DNA of 64,000 nt from Octopus vulgaris (GCA_951406725.2 OX597815.1:208072001-208136000); one strand, 5' to 3'; counted from the stretch's first letter, positions 11,975 to 25,975 are shown. The notes: generated from the sequence alone by a model not told the origin. A program made the numbers and translations.

Positions 11975-12360
11975 TACTTTTATTCATAAGCCTGTGGCAA
12001 TGCTGGAGCACTACCTTGAAAAGTTTTAGTTGAGCCAATTGATCCTAGTGCTTATATTGTTAAAGCCTGGTACTTATTCTATCAGTCTCTTTTGCCGAAA
12101 TGCTAAGTTATGGGGATTTAAAAACACCGGTTGTTAAGTTGTGGTGAAGGACAAACACAGACACAAATACACACACACACACACATACACATGTTCATGC
12201 ACATATATGACAGGCTTCTTCCAGTTTTCATAAACCAAATCTGCTCACAAGGTTTTGATCAGCTCAAGGTTATAGTAAAAGACACTTGCCTAATGTGCCC
12301 TGCAGTGGGGCTGAACCTAGAACCATGTGACTGGGTAGCAATACACCTATGCTTGTGCCT
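11975..12360 (-). mobile_element. Family A SINE, old diverged copy
   Basis: Collinear but diverged match to the reverse complement of 7908-8319. Confidence 0.75.
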
Positions 12361-12444
12361 TTTTTTTTAAAAAAAAAAAAGCTTTTATTCAAATTGCTTA
12401 TAATCAATAAAACTTCAGCAATGGCTGTGTCAAAACATAGCTAT

Positions 12445-12825
12445 AAGTGTGTGGTTAAGAAACTCACTTTGCAACCATGTGATTTCAGGTTCAATTCCGC
12501 TATGCAACATTTTGGGCAAATATCTTCCACTATGGCCCTGAGCCAACTCTGTGAGTGAATTTAGGAGGTAGAAATTCACGGAAGTTCCCCATGAGTATGT
12601 ATGTATAAATAACCAGTTGTGTTTGTAACCCATCCCTCCACCCAGTGCTTGATAACTGGCACTAGTTTGTTTATATCTCTGTAACTTTGCAGTTCAGCAA
12701 ATGAGACCGATAGAATAAGTGCCAGGCATAGAAAATAAATACTGGAGTTGATTTCTTCAACTGAATTCTTCAAGATGGTGCCCCAGTATGACCACCGCCA
12801 AATGACTGAAGCAAGTAAAAAAAAA
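12445..12825 (+). mobile_element. Family A SINE, old diverged copy
   Basis: GTGTGGTTAAGAA head through GATAGAATAAGT..ATGACTGAAGCAAGTAAAA tail. Confidence 0.72.
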
Positions 12826-13850
12826 TTCAAGTTTGACATATACATTAGAAATTTATTAAGTTGCAGTCAAGTTCGTTTTTTATTTATTTTTGTTTTATTT
12901 GTTTCAACACTTCAAATACTTCAGCTCTGATTACTTATGTTGGATAGGATTCAAACGCTATGATGTCCATATGAATTATGTGTAACTCGTTCAAGCCATT
13001 AATCCTTACTACAAACAAACCTTAACTTGTTAATAAATCTTTATACCCTAATAACTTCTTCTATCTTACGTTTAATATTTGTTTACATTCACAATTATGC
13101 CAAACATGCCAGAATTTATTTTATATGTGATCTGACAACATATTTTATAACCATGTTGAACACTGTAATGATTTCTAAATGTTTGTTTTATTGCTTCTTG
13201 ATCTAGTGCATTAGGAAACTAGATGCCTATCCATTTAGTGGAGCCATATTGGAATAAATTCTTTTTACATATTAACACACTTGTTTTTTTTTGTAAAAGC
13301 TGCATATAATAACACTCACATGTAAGCTTTTATTGTAATTACTGAGCACATGGTTGTCCATATAAATGTGTTTAGCTTTCTTCAGCAGAATATTGATTTA
13401 TTTCCTGAAAATAATAAATAATTTAAAAAGCTATTTATTATTTATCTGCTATTATAACTTATTTGAGAATCACACATGCTCTTTCTAGGTCTTCAATAAA
13501 TAAATCTGTCTCCAAGTATTAACCCTAACTTACAAGTTCTTCTTTTCTCCCTTTTTTTCTATTTCATGACTTATTATTTTTTTTTTATTCCTTCACTGAG
13601 TCTCTATATTCCTTTCAGTGCTCCAGTTACAAATCTATGAGGATTCACAGAAGGTCGAATGCTTGGTGCAGGCCTGGCTGTATGGTTAAGAAGCTCTCTT
13701 TGCAACGATGTGTTGACAGGTTCAGTTCCACTGAGTGGTACCTTGTGTAAGTGTGTTCTACGATAACACTGAGCCGACCGGTGACGTCTGAGTGAATTTG
13801 GTTGAGCAAGACTTTGTGGAAGCCTGTCACACATACATACATACATACAT

Positions 13851-14186
13851 ATAATAATGAAATTATTTAATACAGTGCTCAGGTGCACCACAACTTGTCA
13901 AAAGTGCATGTAAAGCATATGCAGTAATGTACAAAGGTCTGGAAAGTGAACACTGTATGAGTCAGATACATGCTTGCATGTGTATGGAGGGGAGAAAATT
14001 AGGTGTAGTGTTGGCGAATCTCAGAAAGCATGGAAGTTTTGAAGGATGCAGTGCTCCGACAACTAACAACTGATGCAGGCAGTTTGTTCCATGCTTCAGC
14101 AACTCTTAGCGTGAAAAAATGTTTCTGAAAGTCATGGGAGCTGTGCTCTTTTCTAACTTTGTAAACATGTCCACAGGTGTTAGACA
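13851..14186 (-). mobile_element. CR1-clade LINE 3' fragment (same family as 1673-2161)
   Basis: Minus strand reads SNTCGHVYKVRKEHSSHDFQKHFFTLRVAEAWNKLPASVVSCRSTASFK, then the GTGCACCTGAGCACTGTA 3' motif. Confidence 0.85.
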
Positions 14187-14374
14187 GGTATGTATGTATG
14201 TATCAGCTACTGCTGATGATGGTATGCAAATTAATTTATACTTATATTACATAGCACAATATCAATAGCTGTGTTTCACCAAATAAATAACTAATCATAT
14301 TTGACTGATTGTTACACAATACACTACAATGCAATCAACCATCACTCACATGTGATGTGAGTGATGGCTTGGAT

Positions 14375-14682
14375 ATCTTTCATCTTTTATCTTTCACTTG
14401 AATCAGTCATTAGACTGTGGCCATGCTGGGGCACGACCTTGAAGAATTTTAGTTGAATGAATTGACTCCACTACTTATTCTTTTTTAAGCCTGATATTTA
14501 TTCTATAAGTCTTTTTTGCCAAACTGCTAAGTTATGGAGATGTAAACACACCAACACTGACTATCAGCAGTGGTGGTTCACATACACACACGTATCTATC
14601 TATCTATCTATCTACCTACCTAGCTACCTACCTACCTAGCTACCTAGCTACCTACCTACCTACATATCTATCTATCTATCTA

Positions 14683-14729
<47 letters not shown>

Positions 14730-14935
14730 GTCTGTCTGTCTGTCTCTCTGTCTGTCTGTCTGTCTCTCTCTCTATATATATATAGATATATACGACAGGC
14801 TTCTTTCAGTTTCCAAATTCATTCACAAGGCTTTGGTCAGTCCAAGTAGAAGATTCTTGCTGAAGGTGCCATGCAGTGAGAATGAACCCAGAACCATGTC
14901 ATTAGAAAGCAAGCTTCTTACCATGCCTGCACTTG
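14375..14935 (-). mobile_element. Family A SINE, diverged, with expanded internal (TCTA)/(TCTG) tract
   Basis: Tail and head halves flank tetranucleotide repeats at about 14593-14790. Confidence 0.72.
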
Positions 14936-15689
14936 TGTTCCATGCTTTTGCTAATTATTTCAGTTGCCTGTCAAGTTAGAAGCAGACATATAAACCCACT
15001 TGGACCCCTTCCCCCCATCCCTAATCCATTGGAATACTCAGGGTATGTCAATTGGAGGAAGTGATGGCTGATGTAGCTGTCTCCTTCTGGAGGTTCCACC
15101 CAGTTAATTCATATCACACTTGATCAGACTGAAGCAATATGAAAAAGAACATCAAAGACACAATGCAGATACTAGTGCAGGGACTGAACCCACGACCTTA
15201 AGATCATGAGTTGAACACTTTAACCACTAGGTCACATGACCTCGCTATCTATTATTATAGCACAGCAGTTTCTTATAGCTAAGCTGTATAAGAAATCATT
15301 TTATAATGTACAAGATGACATAGTTCTTGACACATAGTCAACAGTAAGATAATACTGCCTGACAATATAATGGTTTTAAGTCAAACTTGATTAAAGCACA
15401 ACTGTCAGTTTGTGAGCTAATTCACATATTACGTGTTTGTAGTGTTGTTACCATCATCCTTATGAAATCTCAAATCTTATTGCTATCATAGTGAGATTTC
15501 TGTGGAGTTTGGTGCACTATTTAATTAGATAGAACAGTGATTAATAAATTCATTCTTCAGTAATTAATAAGTTTATTGTTTATCATCATATGAAAATCTT
15601 ATCTAAATGACAATAAGTACCGGTTCAAATAATATCAAATCTAAAACTCGATTTTCTAAACTGGTTGTTCATAATGGAATTTGAACCAT

Positions 15690-16117
15690 AAGGGCACCAT
15701 TCGAGCGAGATCGTTACCAGCATCACCTTACTGGCACTTGTGCCCATGCTAGTAGGGTGCCAAGAGCACCATCCAAGTGTGATCGTTGCCAGAGCAGCCA
15801 ACTAGCTTCCATGTCAGTGGCATGTAAAAGAGCACCATTCAAGCATGATCGTTACCAACGTCGCCTTACTGGCACCTGTGCTGGTGGCATGTGTAAAAGG
15901 ATTCAAGCGAGGTCGTTGCCAGTACCGCCTGACTGGCCCACGTGCTGGTGGCATGTAAAAAGCACCCACTACACTCTCGGGGTGGTTGGCGTTAGGAAGG
16001 GCATCCAGCTGTAGAAACTCTGCCAAATCAAGATTGGAGACTGGTGCAACCATCTGGTTCACCAGCCCTCAGTCAAAATCGTCCAACCCATGCTAGCATG
16101 GAAAGCAGACGTTAAAC

Positions 16118-16172
<55 letters not shown>
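15690..16172 (+). mobile_element. Family E element with internal tandem units and (GAT)n tail
   Basis: Repeated GCACCATTC..GATCGTT..ACTGG units, then GGTTGGCGTTAGGAAGGGCATCC and a long (GAT)n. Confidence 0.85.
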
Positions 16173-16174
<2 letters not shown>

Positions 16175-16895
16175 AGTATAAGTGGGATAAATGAAGTTGT
16201 GAAAAAGTGTTTTCCTCAAAACATCAGTAAACGTATTCTGACTGGAAATTAAGAGAAAGCAATATTAAAAAAAGGACTTTAACCTCCACCCTGCCAAAGA
16301 AACAATAATAATAGATAAAAAAGAAGTGAAAGCCTTTGGAAATGTTCAATGCAAAATAAATCTAATGAAATTCTTGAACACTTGGGAACAACTCAAATAT
16401 GTTTGAATCTTTTGGTCTTTCACATGAGTATACATAAACACGTGCATCTGTCTGTCTGTCTCTCTATATATATGTACATATATCTATATATATGTATATA
16501 TATATATATGCATATATATATATATATGCATATATATATATATATGCATATATATATATGCATATATATATATATATGCATATATATATATGCATATATA
16601 TATATATATATGCATATATATATATGCATATATATATATATGCATATCTGTCTATCTGTCTGTCTGTCTATATGTAGACGGAAACTGAAAGCCTGTCATA
16701 TGTGTGTGTGTGTGTGCGTGTGTGTGACTTTGTGTCTGTGTTTGCTCCACCACCCACTACCACTACTACCACCCCCACCACCATCCCACCACCACTTGAC
16801 AACCAGAGTTGGTGCATTTATGTCCCCCGTAACATAGCAGTTTGGCAAAAAGAGACCATTAGAATAAATAAATAAATAAATAAATAAATGTGTCC

Positions 16896-16986
16896 GCCCG
16901 CATAGCTCAGTCGGTAGAGCATCAGACTTTAAAGGTCAACCTTAGAAGTAATCTGAGGGTCGTGGGTTCGAGTCCCTCTGTGGGTG
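16896..16986 (+). tRNA. Intron-containing tRNA-Lys(UUU)-derived pseudogene or SINE head; anticodon reads TTA in this copy
   Basis: GCCCGCATAGCTCAGTCGGTAGAGCATCAGACTTTAA-[18-nt insert 16933-16950]-ATCTGAGGGTCGTGGGTTCGAGTCCCTCTGTGGGTG folds as a cloverleaf with fully paired acceptor stem (two G-U) and one T-stem mismatch; exons closely match metazoan tRNA-Lys(TTT). Confidence 0.8.
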
Positions 16987-17051
16987 TATGAAACTTTTCA
17001 GCGGTGGTGCCCCAGCATGGCTGCGGCCTTCGGGCTAAAACATTTTTAAGG
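16896..17051 (+). mobile_element. Short SINE: tRNA-Lys head + family-A-like tail
   Basis: The tRNA is followed by GGTGGTGCCCCAGCATGGCTGCGGCCTTCGGGCTAAAAC, a variant of the family A 3' stem-loop tail. Confidence 0.6.
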
Positions 17052-17657
17052 AAATGCTAGGCTTAAAAACAAACAAAACAAAGTATTGGGGGTCGATTCA
17101 TTTAATTAAAAGTTCTTCGAGGCAGTGCTCCAGCATGGCCACAGTCTAGTGACTAAAAGAAGTCAAAGATAAACCTTAAAACGTTTTTCTTTTTTCCATT
17201 GATAGGTGCGGATTGAAAAACACAAACAAACTGATAAGAATATACACAAGCTACCTTAATCTGTTAATAGAAATACTGGCATTAAACAATTTTTCACTCC
17301 TCTTGACTTGGTTTTCTTTTCTCTTCTGTGTTTTTTTTTTGTTTATTTGTTTTTGATGCAACTAATAAAAGATACATTGATTCAGTTTCTTTCTAAAACA
17401 AACTTAACAAAAAAAAAAAAAAAAAGAAATCTTTTGTTTCAATCTTTGCAGCCTTGGCTCAACTCCTCCTACCACTTCTTTTGCTTACTCTGACTTCTCT
17501 CTCTTCTCTCTCTCATTTCTTCTTAATTCTTTCTAGCTCTTTCTTGTACTCTTTCTTTTTTTGTTTAGAAATGTTTGTTTTATCTGTTTATTTGTATTTA
17601 TCAATGTTTTCTATGCTAACACACAGAATGTTGTAATTTCCTAGTTTTATTTCTTTG

Positions 17658-17689
<32 letters not shown>

Positions 17690-17921
17690 TTTTTATGTTT
17701 CGCTTCTCTTTGTTTCTGCTGTAACAAGGTAACCAGCCACTGGGTGAATGAAAAGTGTAACTTAAGAGTCGATGAGGAACATTGAATTAACATCTCTAAA
17801 CATGTACACGCACACACACACACACATATACATACATTCAAATATATGTATATGGATACATGAGACAGATATGTAAATAATGTATGTGTGTTAGTGTGCG
17901 TGTATAAATAAATAAATATAT

Positions 17922-18175
17922 ACTCTTTTACTCTTTTACTTGTTTCAGTCATTTGACTGTGGCCATGCTGGAGCACCGCCTTCAGTTGAGCAAATCAACC
18001 CCAGGACTTATTCTTTGTAAGCCTAGTACTTATTCTATCAGTCTCTAATGCCGAACCGCTAAGTTACAGGGACGTAAACACACCAGCATCGGTTGTCAAG
18101 CGATGTTGGGGGGACAAACACAGACACAAAAACATATACACACATACATATATATACATATATACAACAGGCTTA
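17922..18175 (-). mobile_element. Family A SINE 3' half
   Basis: CTTTTACTTGTTTCAGTCATTTGACTGTGGCCATGCTGG.. matches the reverse-complemented tail. Confidence 0.85.
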
Positions 18176-18205
18176 CACACACATATATATGTATATATAT
18201 ATATA

Positions 18206-18288
<83 letters not shown>

Positions 18289-19073
18289 TATATATGTGTG
18301 TTACTGTATCTTTGCCTTCATTTCATGTGATAGTTGTAAACAGATGTCACTGTTGTGCAAGCAGTGTCCTTCCTTTTCAATCTTCGATGTAAGCATATCT
18401 GATCATGAGGAATATTATCTTACTTCTGAACAAGCATTTGTAAAAATATGTCTGGCCTTGGGACAATGTTACCTTGCCTGAAAACGGGAGGGGCAGCCGG
18501 CCATAAGAAATTCTGCCTCTGTCTAATATCCATGGAAGCATGGAAAAATGGATGTTAAAATGATGATGGTGATGATGATGATGATGATGATGATGATGAG
18601 GATTTATTTTCCCATGTCATAAATAATTGATGGAGTTTTGAAAATGTTGAAATTAGTGAGTAAAATGTCAAACTGATATTTTTAATGCTAGAAGCTCTTC
18701 TCTTTGCTCACCATGCAGCTCATCATCATCAGCATCATTGTTTAATGTTTGTTTTCCAGGCTGGCATGGGTGGGATGGTTTCACAGGAACTGGCTAGCCG
18801 GAGAGTTGTCCAGGCTCCAACTATCTGCTTTGGCATGGTTTCTATGACTGAGTGCCCTTCCTAATGTCACCCACTTTACAGAGTGTGCTGGGTAATTTTT
18901 ATATGCCACTGGCACAAAACCATTTCTGTGGAACTGGCATGCGTGCATTTTATGTGGTACCAGCATCTGCAGGACAAAGATCTCTCTGCCAGGAGAGGGA
19001 GTTGAAACATGACCATAAAGTATATTCCTCTACATATGGATGGCTACAATTTTAGTTATGAGATAGAAATATA

Positions 19074-19308
19074 TATTTCTTTATTGCCCATATGGGGCTA
19101 CACATAGAGGGGACAAACAAGGACAGACAACTGGATTAAGTCGACTATATCGACTCCAGTGCGTAACTGGTACTTATTTAATCAACCCCGAAAGGATGAA
19201 AGACAAAGCCGACCTCAGCAGAATTTGAACTCAGAATGTAACGGTAGACAAAATACCACTAAGCATTTTGCCTGGCATGCTAATGATTCTGCCAGCTCAC
19301 TGCCCTAC
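19074..19308 (-). mobile_element. Family B SINE
   Basis: Reverse complement of 5631-5868; TSD AGAAATATA (19065-19073, 19309-19317). Confidence 0.87.
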
Positions 19309-19387
19309 AGAAATATAATTGAAACAGATGTCAGATGATAGGGCAATTCTTTGGAAGGCATTCTTTGTTACCTTAGTTGACTTAAGT

Positions 19388-19687
19388 GAGGGTGCATGGC
19401 TTAGTGGTTAGGGCACTTGGCTCACGATTGTAAGGTCGTGAGTTCGATTCCCGGTGACACGTTGTGTCCTTGAGCAAGACACTTTATTTCACATTGCTCC
19501 AGTTCACTCTACTGGCTGAATTGAGTAGTACCTGTATTTCAAAGGGCCATGCTGAATCTCCTTTTGAACTACGTTAAGGGTACAGGTGTCTGTGGAATGC
19601 TCAGCCACTTGCACATTAATTTCACGAGCAGGCTGTTCCGTTGATCGTATCAGCTGGGACCCTCGTCGTCGTAACTGACGGAGTGCT
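19388..19687 (+). mobile_element. Family D tRNA-headed SINE with tail type 2
   Basis: TGGCTTAGTGG A box, GTTCGATTCC B box, GTGTCCTTGAGCAAGACACT body, tail ..CCCTCGTCGTCGTAACTGACGGAGTG. Confidence 0.85.
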
Positions 19688-20602
19688 ATAAGTCGAACTT
19701 TAATGAAACTTCAGGTAAAGTTGCTGAAGAAATATGAAAGTTCGGAATAAATGTTAGTCAGAGAAGAAGCAGAATGATAAAACGGCAAAAAAGACTAACA
19801 AAGATCAACAATGATGTCTTCAGTCGAAACAATATCAATAAAGTCAGAAGTAACAGTAGAATCAATATTCAGTAACAACAACAATGACGACGATGAAAAC
19901 AAGGAATCATAACAACAATAACACTAACAACATTATGATGAGCATAAGAAAATGTTGAAGCAAGAGCCACTCAGAATCACATTGAGATGAATATCAAAGA
20001 GAAAACACAGAAAGTCCCCAAAATAAACAAGAAAAATAGAATTTGTGCAACAGTATGGAGAGAAAGTGTTCACAGTTGTGTAGATAAGGAAATATCTATA
20101 TCTATAGTCGATCAATCACCTTGGAATCGTACTTTACTATCTAGAAATAAGGTAATGCTGAGTCAGATACTCAATTCTGGGAGGAAAAAATAAAAGAGAA
20201 AAATAAGATGGTCACAGGTAAAAGATCTTTCCAGATTTGATAAGGTCTGTCTGATCTGGAGCTAAACAACATGAACTACATGCTACATGCATGGGTGTGT
20301 GGTTAAGAAGTTTGCTCCACAAGCATATCATTTGAAGTTCAGTCCTATTGTATGGCATGTTAGGTAAGTGTTTTCCTTTGATAGTCCTGGGACAACCAAT
20401 GCTTTATGAGTGAGCCCCATAAATAGATGTTGCAGGAAGACCATTGTACATATAATGCATGTGTGTGCACGCATGTGTTTGTGTGTGTGTGCATGTGTGT
20501 GTATATATACATATATTGATGTTGGATTTTATGCTATAATAATAACAATTTTACATTAAACTAAAGAATTAATCTATATTTTTGATAGAGTACAAATTTA
20601 TT

Positions 20603-20793
20603 CGCCATAATAAATCGCTAGCCACTGCACATTCTTTATTTTCTCTCCTTGTTTCTTTCTGTGTTTCTTTCTGTGGAAGAGCTTAGGCTCGAAACATTAA
20701 AGACTTTTTCATTTCCTGAGTGTTACACTAATACATCTGTTTGTTGTCTACACCACCTGTCTTCGTCTTTTGTTTTTTTGTGAATTCTCACCC
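20603..20793 (+). mobile_element. About 190-bp solo pLTR-like element with hammerhead-like motif (20666-20703)
   Basis: 12-bp TSD TACAAATTTATT (20591-20602, 20794-20805); TCTTT-CTGTGGA-A-GAGC-TTAG-GCTC-GAAA-CA-TT-AAAGA; paralog at 38913-39090. Confidence 0.7.
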
Positions 20794-21829
20794 TACAAAT
20801 TTATTATTCTCTAACAAGAACTGATAGTGGCTTTGAAGTTCTGGCCAGCTTAGCCATCGTTAGATCTGTGTGTACATATATGTATGTATGTATGCATGTA
20901 TATGAGTTTGGCAGGATATATTATTTGGGTGGATACCATGTTAGATCTCATTTGGGTTCCCTTACTTCCTTCTGAACATTAACTAACACCAACTTACTTC
21001 AATGAGTTCACTTTGAAGAAGACTTAATGGACATAAACACCTTGCCTGGACTTGTGCCTGGGAAGATAACTTTCTAGGCGCAATCTCATGGTCAGTCATG
21101 ACCGAAGAGGATCTCAGTATATCTCTATGTTGTATATATTTGAACCAGATTGTACTTGGGCATAACAATTCTAATTTTTTTTTAAATGTTCCAAATTTTT
21201 GGCCACAACTGTATTAAATCCAAAATGGTAAAGCTACATACTTATAAGAAAGATAGGATTTGCAGCAACTCAAAACACTGAGTTCTTTGTTAATTTTGAT
21301 GGTTTGTTTCTGCCACAAGTCTGCTCAAGCAGAACTAACATGGCTTACTAAATAACAACAACAACTGCAGCTAAAACAACCACAAAAAATAGCTAAAAAA
21401 AACCAGTAGCAATAACTGAGGTAGTAGTTTTGTATCAAAAGAATAACTGCTAAAACAGCAATGACATCAGCAAGTACAACAAGAATGTACAATGTTTGTA
21501 GTAGCAAAATCAAACAACAACATAACAAGATTCAATAATTCTCTAGAAACGGGGAAAAAAAGCAAGAAATGAAAATAAACAAAAAGCCACAACCATGATT
21601 AGTCTGTTTCCTCCTTTAAATGTTGACTAATTCACTATATCTCATGAGAGACAAATCTTTATGTTTTATTATCCAAAAATCCAGCAAAATATCTTGGCTT
21701 CCTTATGAATAGCAATTTCTTCCCTACCTTTTTTTTTTTTTCATTTTTGTTATGAAATTATATATTATTTCACTTTTTATTTTATTTTTCATGATTTACA
21801 CTTATCACTTTTACATATTCTATTACTCT

Positions 21830-23482
<1,653 letters not shown>

Positions 23483-24187
23483 TTTTCAGCAGCAGTTTGA
23501 GGCAAAAATGCAATTTATTTATGAGTAGGTGTACATGAAAGTGAAGAAAACGAGAAATGGAACAAGAAGTTGTGACAATGTTTTTGCACGCATTTGCAAG
23601 TATGTAATTGTGGTTTTCTTTCTTTTTCGATAGATTAATTATTTTTTATTTATTTCTATTTTTTTAATCAACAAGTGCCTCCTTCGGGATTGGAAATATG
23701 ATAAAATTAGAACTTTGTCGATCTTTGCAAGCATAAACAAAGAATCATACGAGTGAAAGTAATAACATCATGCAGTAGATTAGAAATAGGAAATTTCAGG
23801 AATAAGACGAAAGAAAAGAAAGAAGTGGAAATACATACACGCATTGTGAGAGTGTCTGTCTGTCTGTCTGTCTGAATGTATGTATGTCTCTTTCTCTCTC
23901 TCTGTCTCTCACACACACATACACATACACACACAGCTTGACAGATAGATACACAAATAAGAACACAAAACCAATAAGAGAGCCTTATGTTCAGGGAGTC
24001 ACTAGAACAATCAAAAATAGCAGTCAAATTCCTCAAACCTGACCACTACACACACACAGGTACATGTATGTATATATATATATATATATATATCATTTCT
24101 TAAGTATGTGTCGCAGTGGGGAGGCATCATTTAAAGGCTAAAACAATGCGAAGCGCATTGTGACCATATATATATATATATATATAT

Positions 24188-24496
24188 ATCACTGTGATCA
24201 CCGTGACCGACCGGACTATCAGATGTTGCTACACATCGCTGGTCACAATGCGCTTCACATTGTTTTAGCCTGCAAATGACGCCACCCCGCTGGCTAAGCA
24301 AGCAGGCCAACAGAAGAAAGAGTGAGAGAAAGTTGTGGTGAAAGAGTACAGCAGGGTTCACCACCACTCCCTGCCATAGCCTAATGGAACTTTAGGTGTT
24401 TTCGCTCAATAAACACTCACAACGCCCGGTCTGGGAATCGAAACTGTGATCCTCCGACAGCGAGTCCGCTGCCCTAACCACTGGGCCATTGTGCCT

Positions 24497-24499
<3 letters not shown>
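24188..24499 (-). mobile_element. Family C SINE with tail type 1
   Basis: Reverse complement of the 26348 and 45256 copies. Confidence 0.88.
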
Positions 24500-24540
<41 letters not shown>

Positions 24541-24686
24541 TTGTGTATGTATGTATCATACCAGTGGTGTTCTAGGGCTAATTCTTCTTTCACTTTCTGG
24601 AGTTAGACTTGGAGCAGGATGACCCATGCCAGAATTTACAAAAATGCCCAAGATATGCTTATATATCAAGGAAGTATTCCTTACAG

Positions 24687-25013
24687 TGAAGGCACATTGT
24701 TTAGTGGTTAGGGTATTTGGCTCATGATCATATGGCTGTGAGTTCAATTCCCAGTGATGCCTTGTGTCCTTGAGCAAGACACTTTATTTCATGTTGCTCC
24801 AGTCCACTCAGCTGGCAAAAATGAGTAGTACCTGTGTCTCAGAGGGTCAGCCTTTGTCACTCTCTGTGTCACGCTGAATCTCCTTGAAAACTATTTTAGG
24901 AGTATACATGTCTGTGGAGTGCTCAGCCACATGCACGTTCATTTCTCAAGCAGGCTGTTCCATTGACCAGATCAACTGGAACCCTCATCGTCATAAGCGA
25001 TGATGGAGTACCA
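24687..25013 (+). mobile_element. Family D SINE with tail type 2
   Basis: Collinear with 19388-19687. Confidence 0.82.
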
Positions 25014-25449
25014 GTTTTTTTATTCTTTAGAAGTGGACTGGAAGGGCTCAAAGCAAGACACGGAAATAAGATAGTAAATTCAATGATTCAGAGTATCAAA
25101 TAGTATTTGTTCTGATTTTCTGCTCTCTGAGTTCAAATCCCACTGAAGTACACACAATAAAAATTATTTTTAGAAATTAAGAAAATCACAAACACAGAAG
25201 AATAACTGATGAACACAGTTTTAGAAAATTGGGTTAAAAGACCCCTATAGGAGGGGAAAAAAGTGGCCAGTGGCTGCTACAGGGAATCAAAGGCTGTACC
25301 ATTCAAATTCCAAATGAGCACTCTGTACCATTGAGCTAAACAACCCTATCAAATACAATTTGACCAATTTGTAACCCTTGGAATGTGGGTTGTCCTGGGT
25401 TGAGATGTGTTGTTGTACATTTGTAAGAATTGAAAGAAAAACAATGAAA

Positions 25450-25975
25450 TCAAATTATTTTTGCCCAGTCATCAAATGTGTAACTGTATTCTTCGGTCAC
25501 TTCAATATCTGTTGACTTCTTTTCGCTAGACAGATTAAGTTTACAAATACCATATCTTATTTCTGAAGTTTCTAAATCACCAAACTGTAAACACACAAGT
25601 GTCTGTAATACCTGTATCCTTGTGCGATTGCTTGGCATTTGCAATGATTACTACCTCTAAAACTAGCTTACTCACAGATTGCTTTGCACAAAAACCACTT
25701 AAATAACTCAAAATCTACTTCTGAAGAACTTCCTTCATTTTTGTTTTTTTCCCACACATCACCCATTTCTTGTCTCTGGATCAACTGCAAATTGGATTAA
25801 CTTCTCTTTTGGTTTCATAATGTCATAAATTCTTTAAGAACATTTGTTATATCCTCACACAACAAATACATTTCAGTTTTTGCTGTTGATTACAAATGCT
25901 GTAATATTTCAATTTCAAGGTGTGATACGAGAGTTAAATGCTTTCTTTGTACAACTTTCCCATATTGGTTAATTT
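25450..25975 (-). pseudogene. Decayed Tigger/pogo (CENP-B/Jerky-like) transposase N-terminal region
   Basis: Across frameshifts the minus strand gives RKHLTL..LEIEILQHL, EVDFELFKWF and IRYGICKLNLSSEKKSTD.EVTEEY, matching the CENP-B HTH motifs and the RHGI..L...GE..SAD segment of Tigger transposases. Confidence 0.7.

Larger units (their letters stand above)
16672..17172 (+). mobile_element. Family A SINE 3' half, interrupted by a tRNA-Lys-headed insertion
   Basis: GTAGACGGAAACTGAAAG..AGAATAA [insert] ..CTAGGCTT..CCAGCATGGCCACAGTC. Confidence 0.7.

Noticed and set aside
16896-16986. Call as a functional ochre suppressor tRNA gene
   Set aside because: Intron complementarity points to an ancestral TTT anticodon; it has G1-U72, a T-stem mismatch and a SINE tail. 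Kept only as a hypothesis in findings.
21188-21213. Tc1-like terminal repeat (..AAATTTTTGGCCACAACTG-TA)
   Set aside because: No partner TIR or transposase remnant found.
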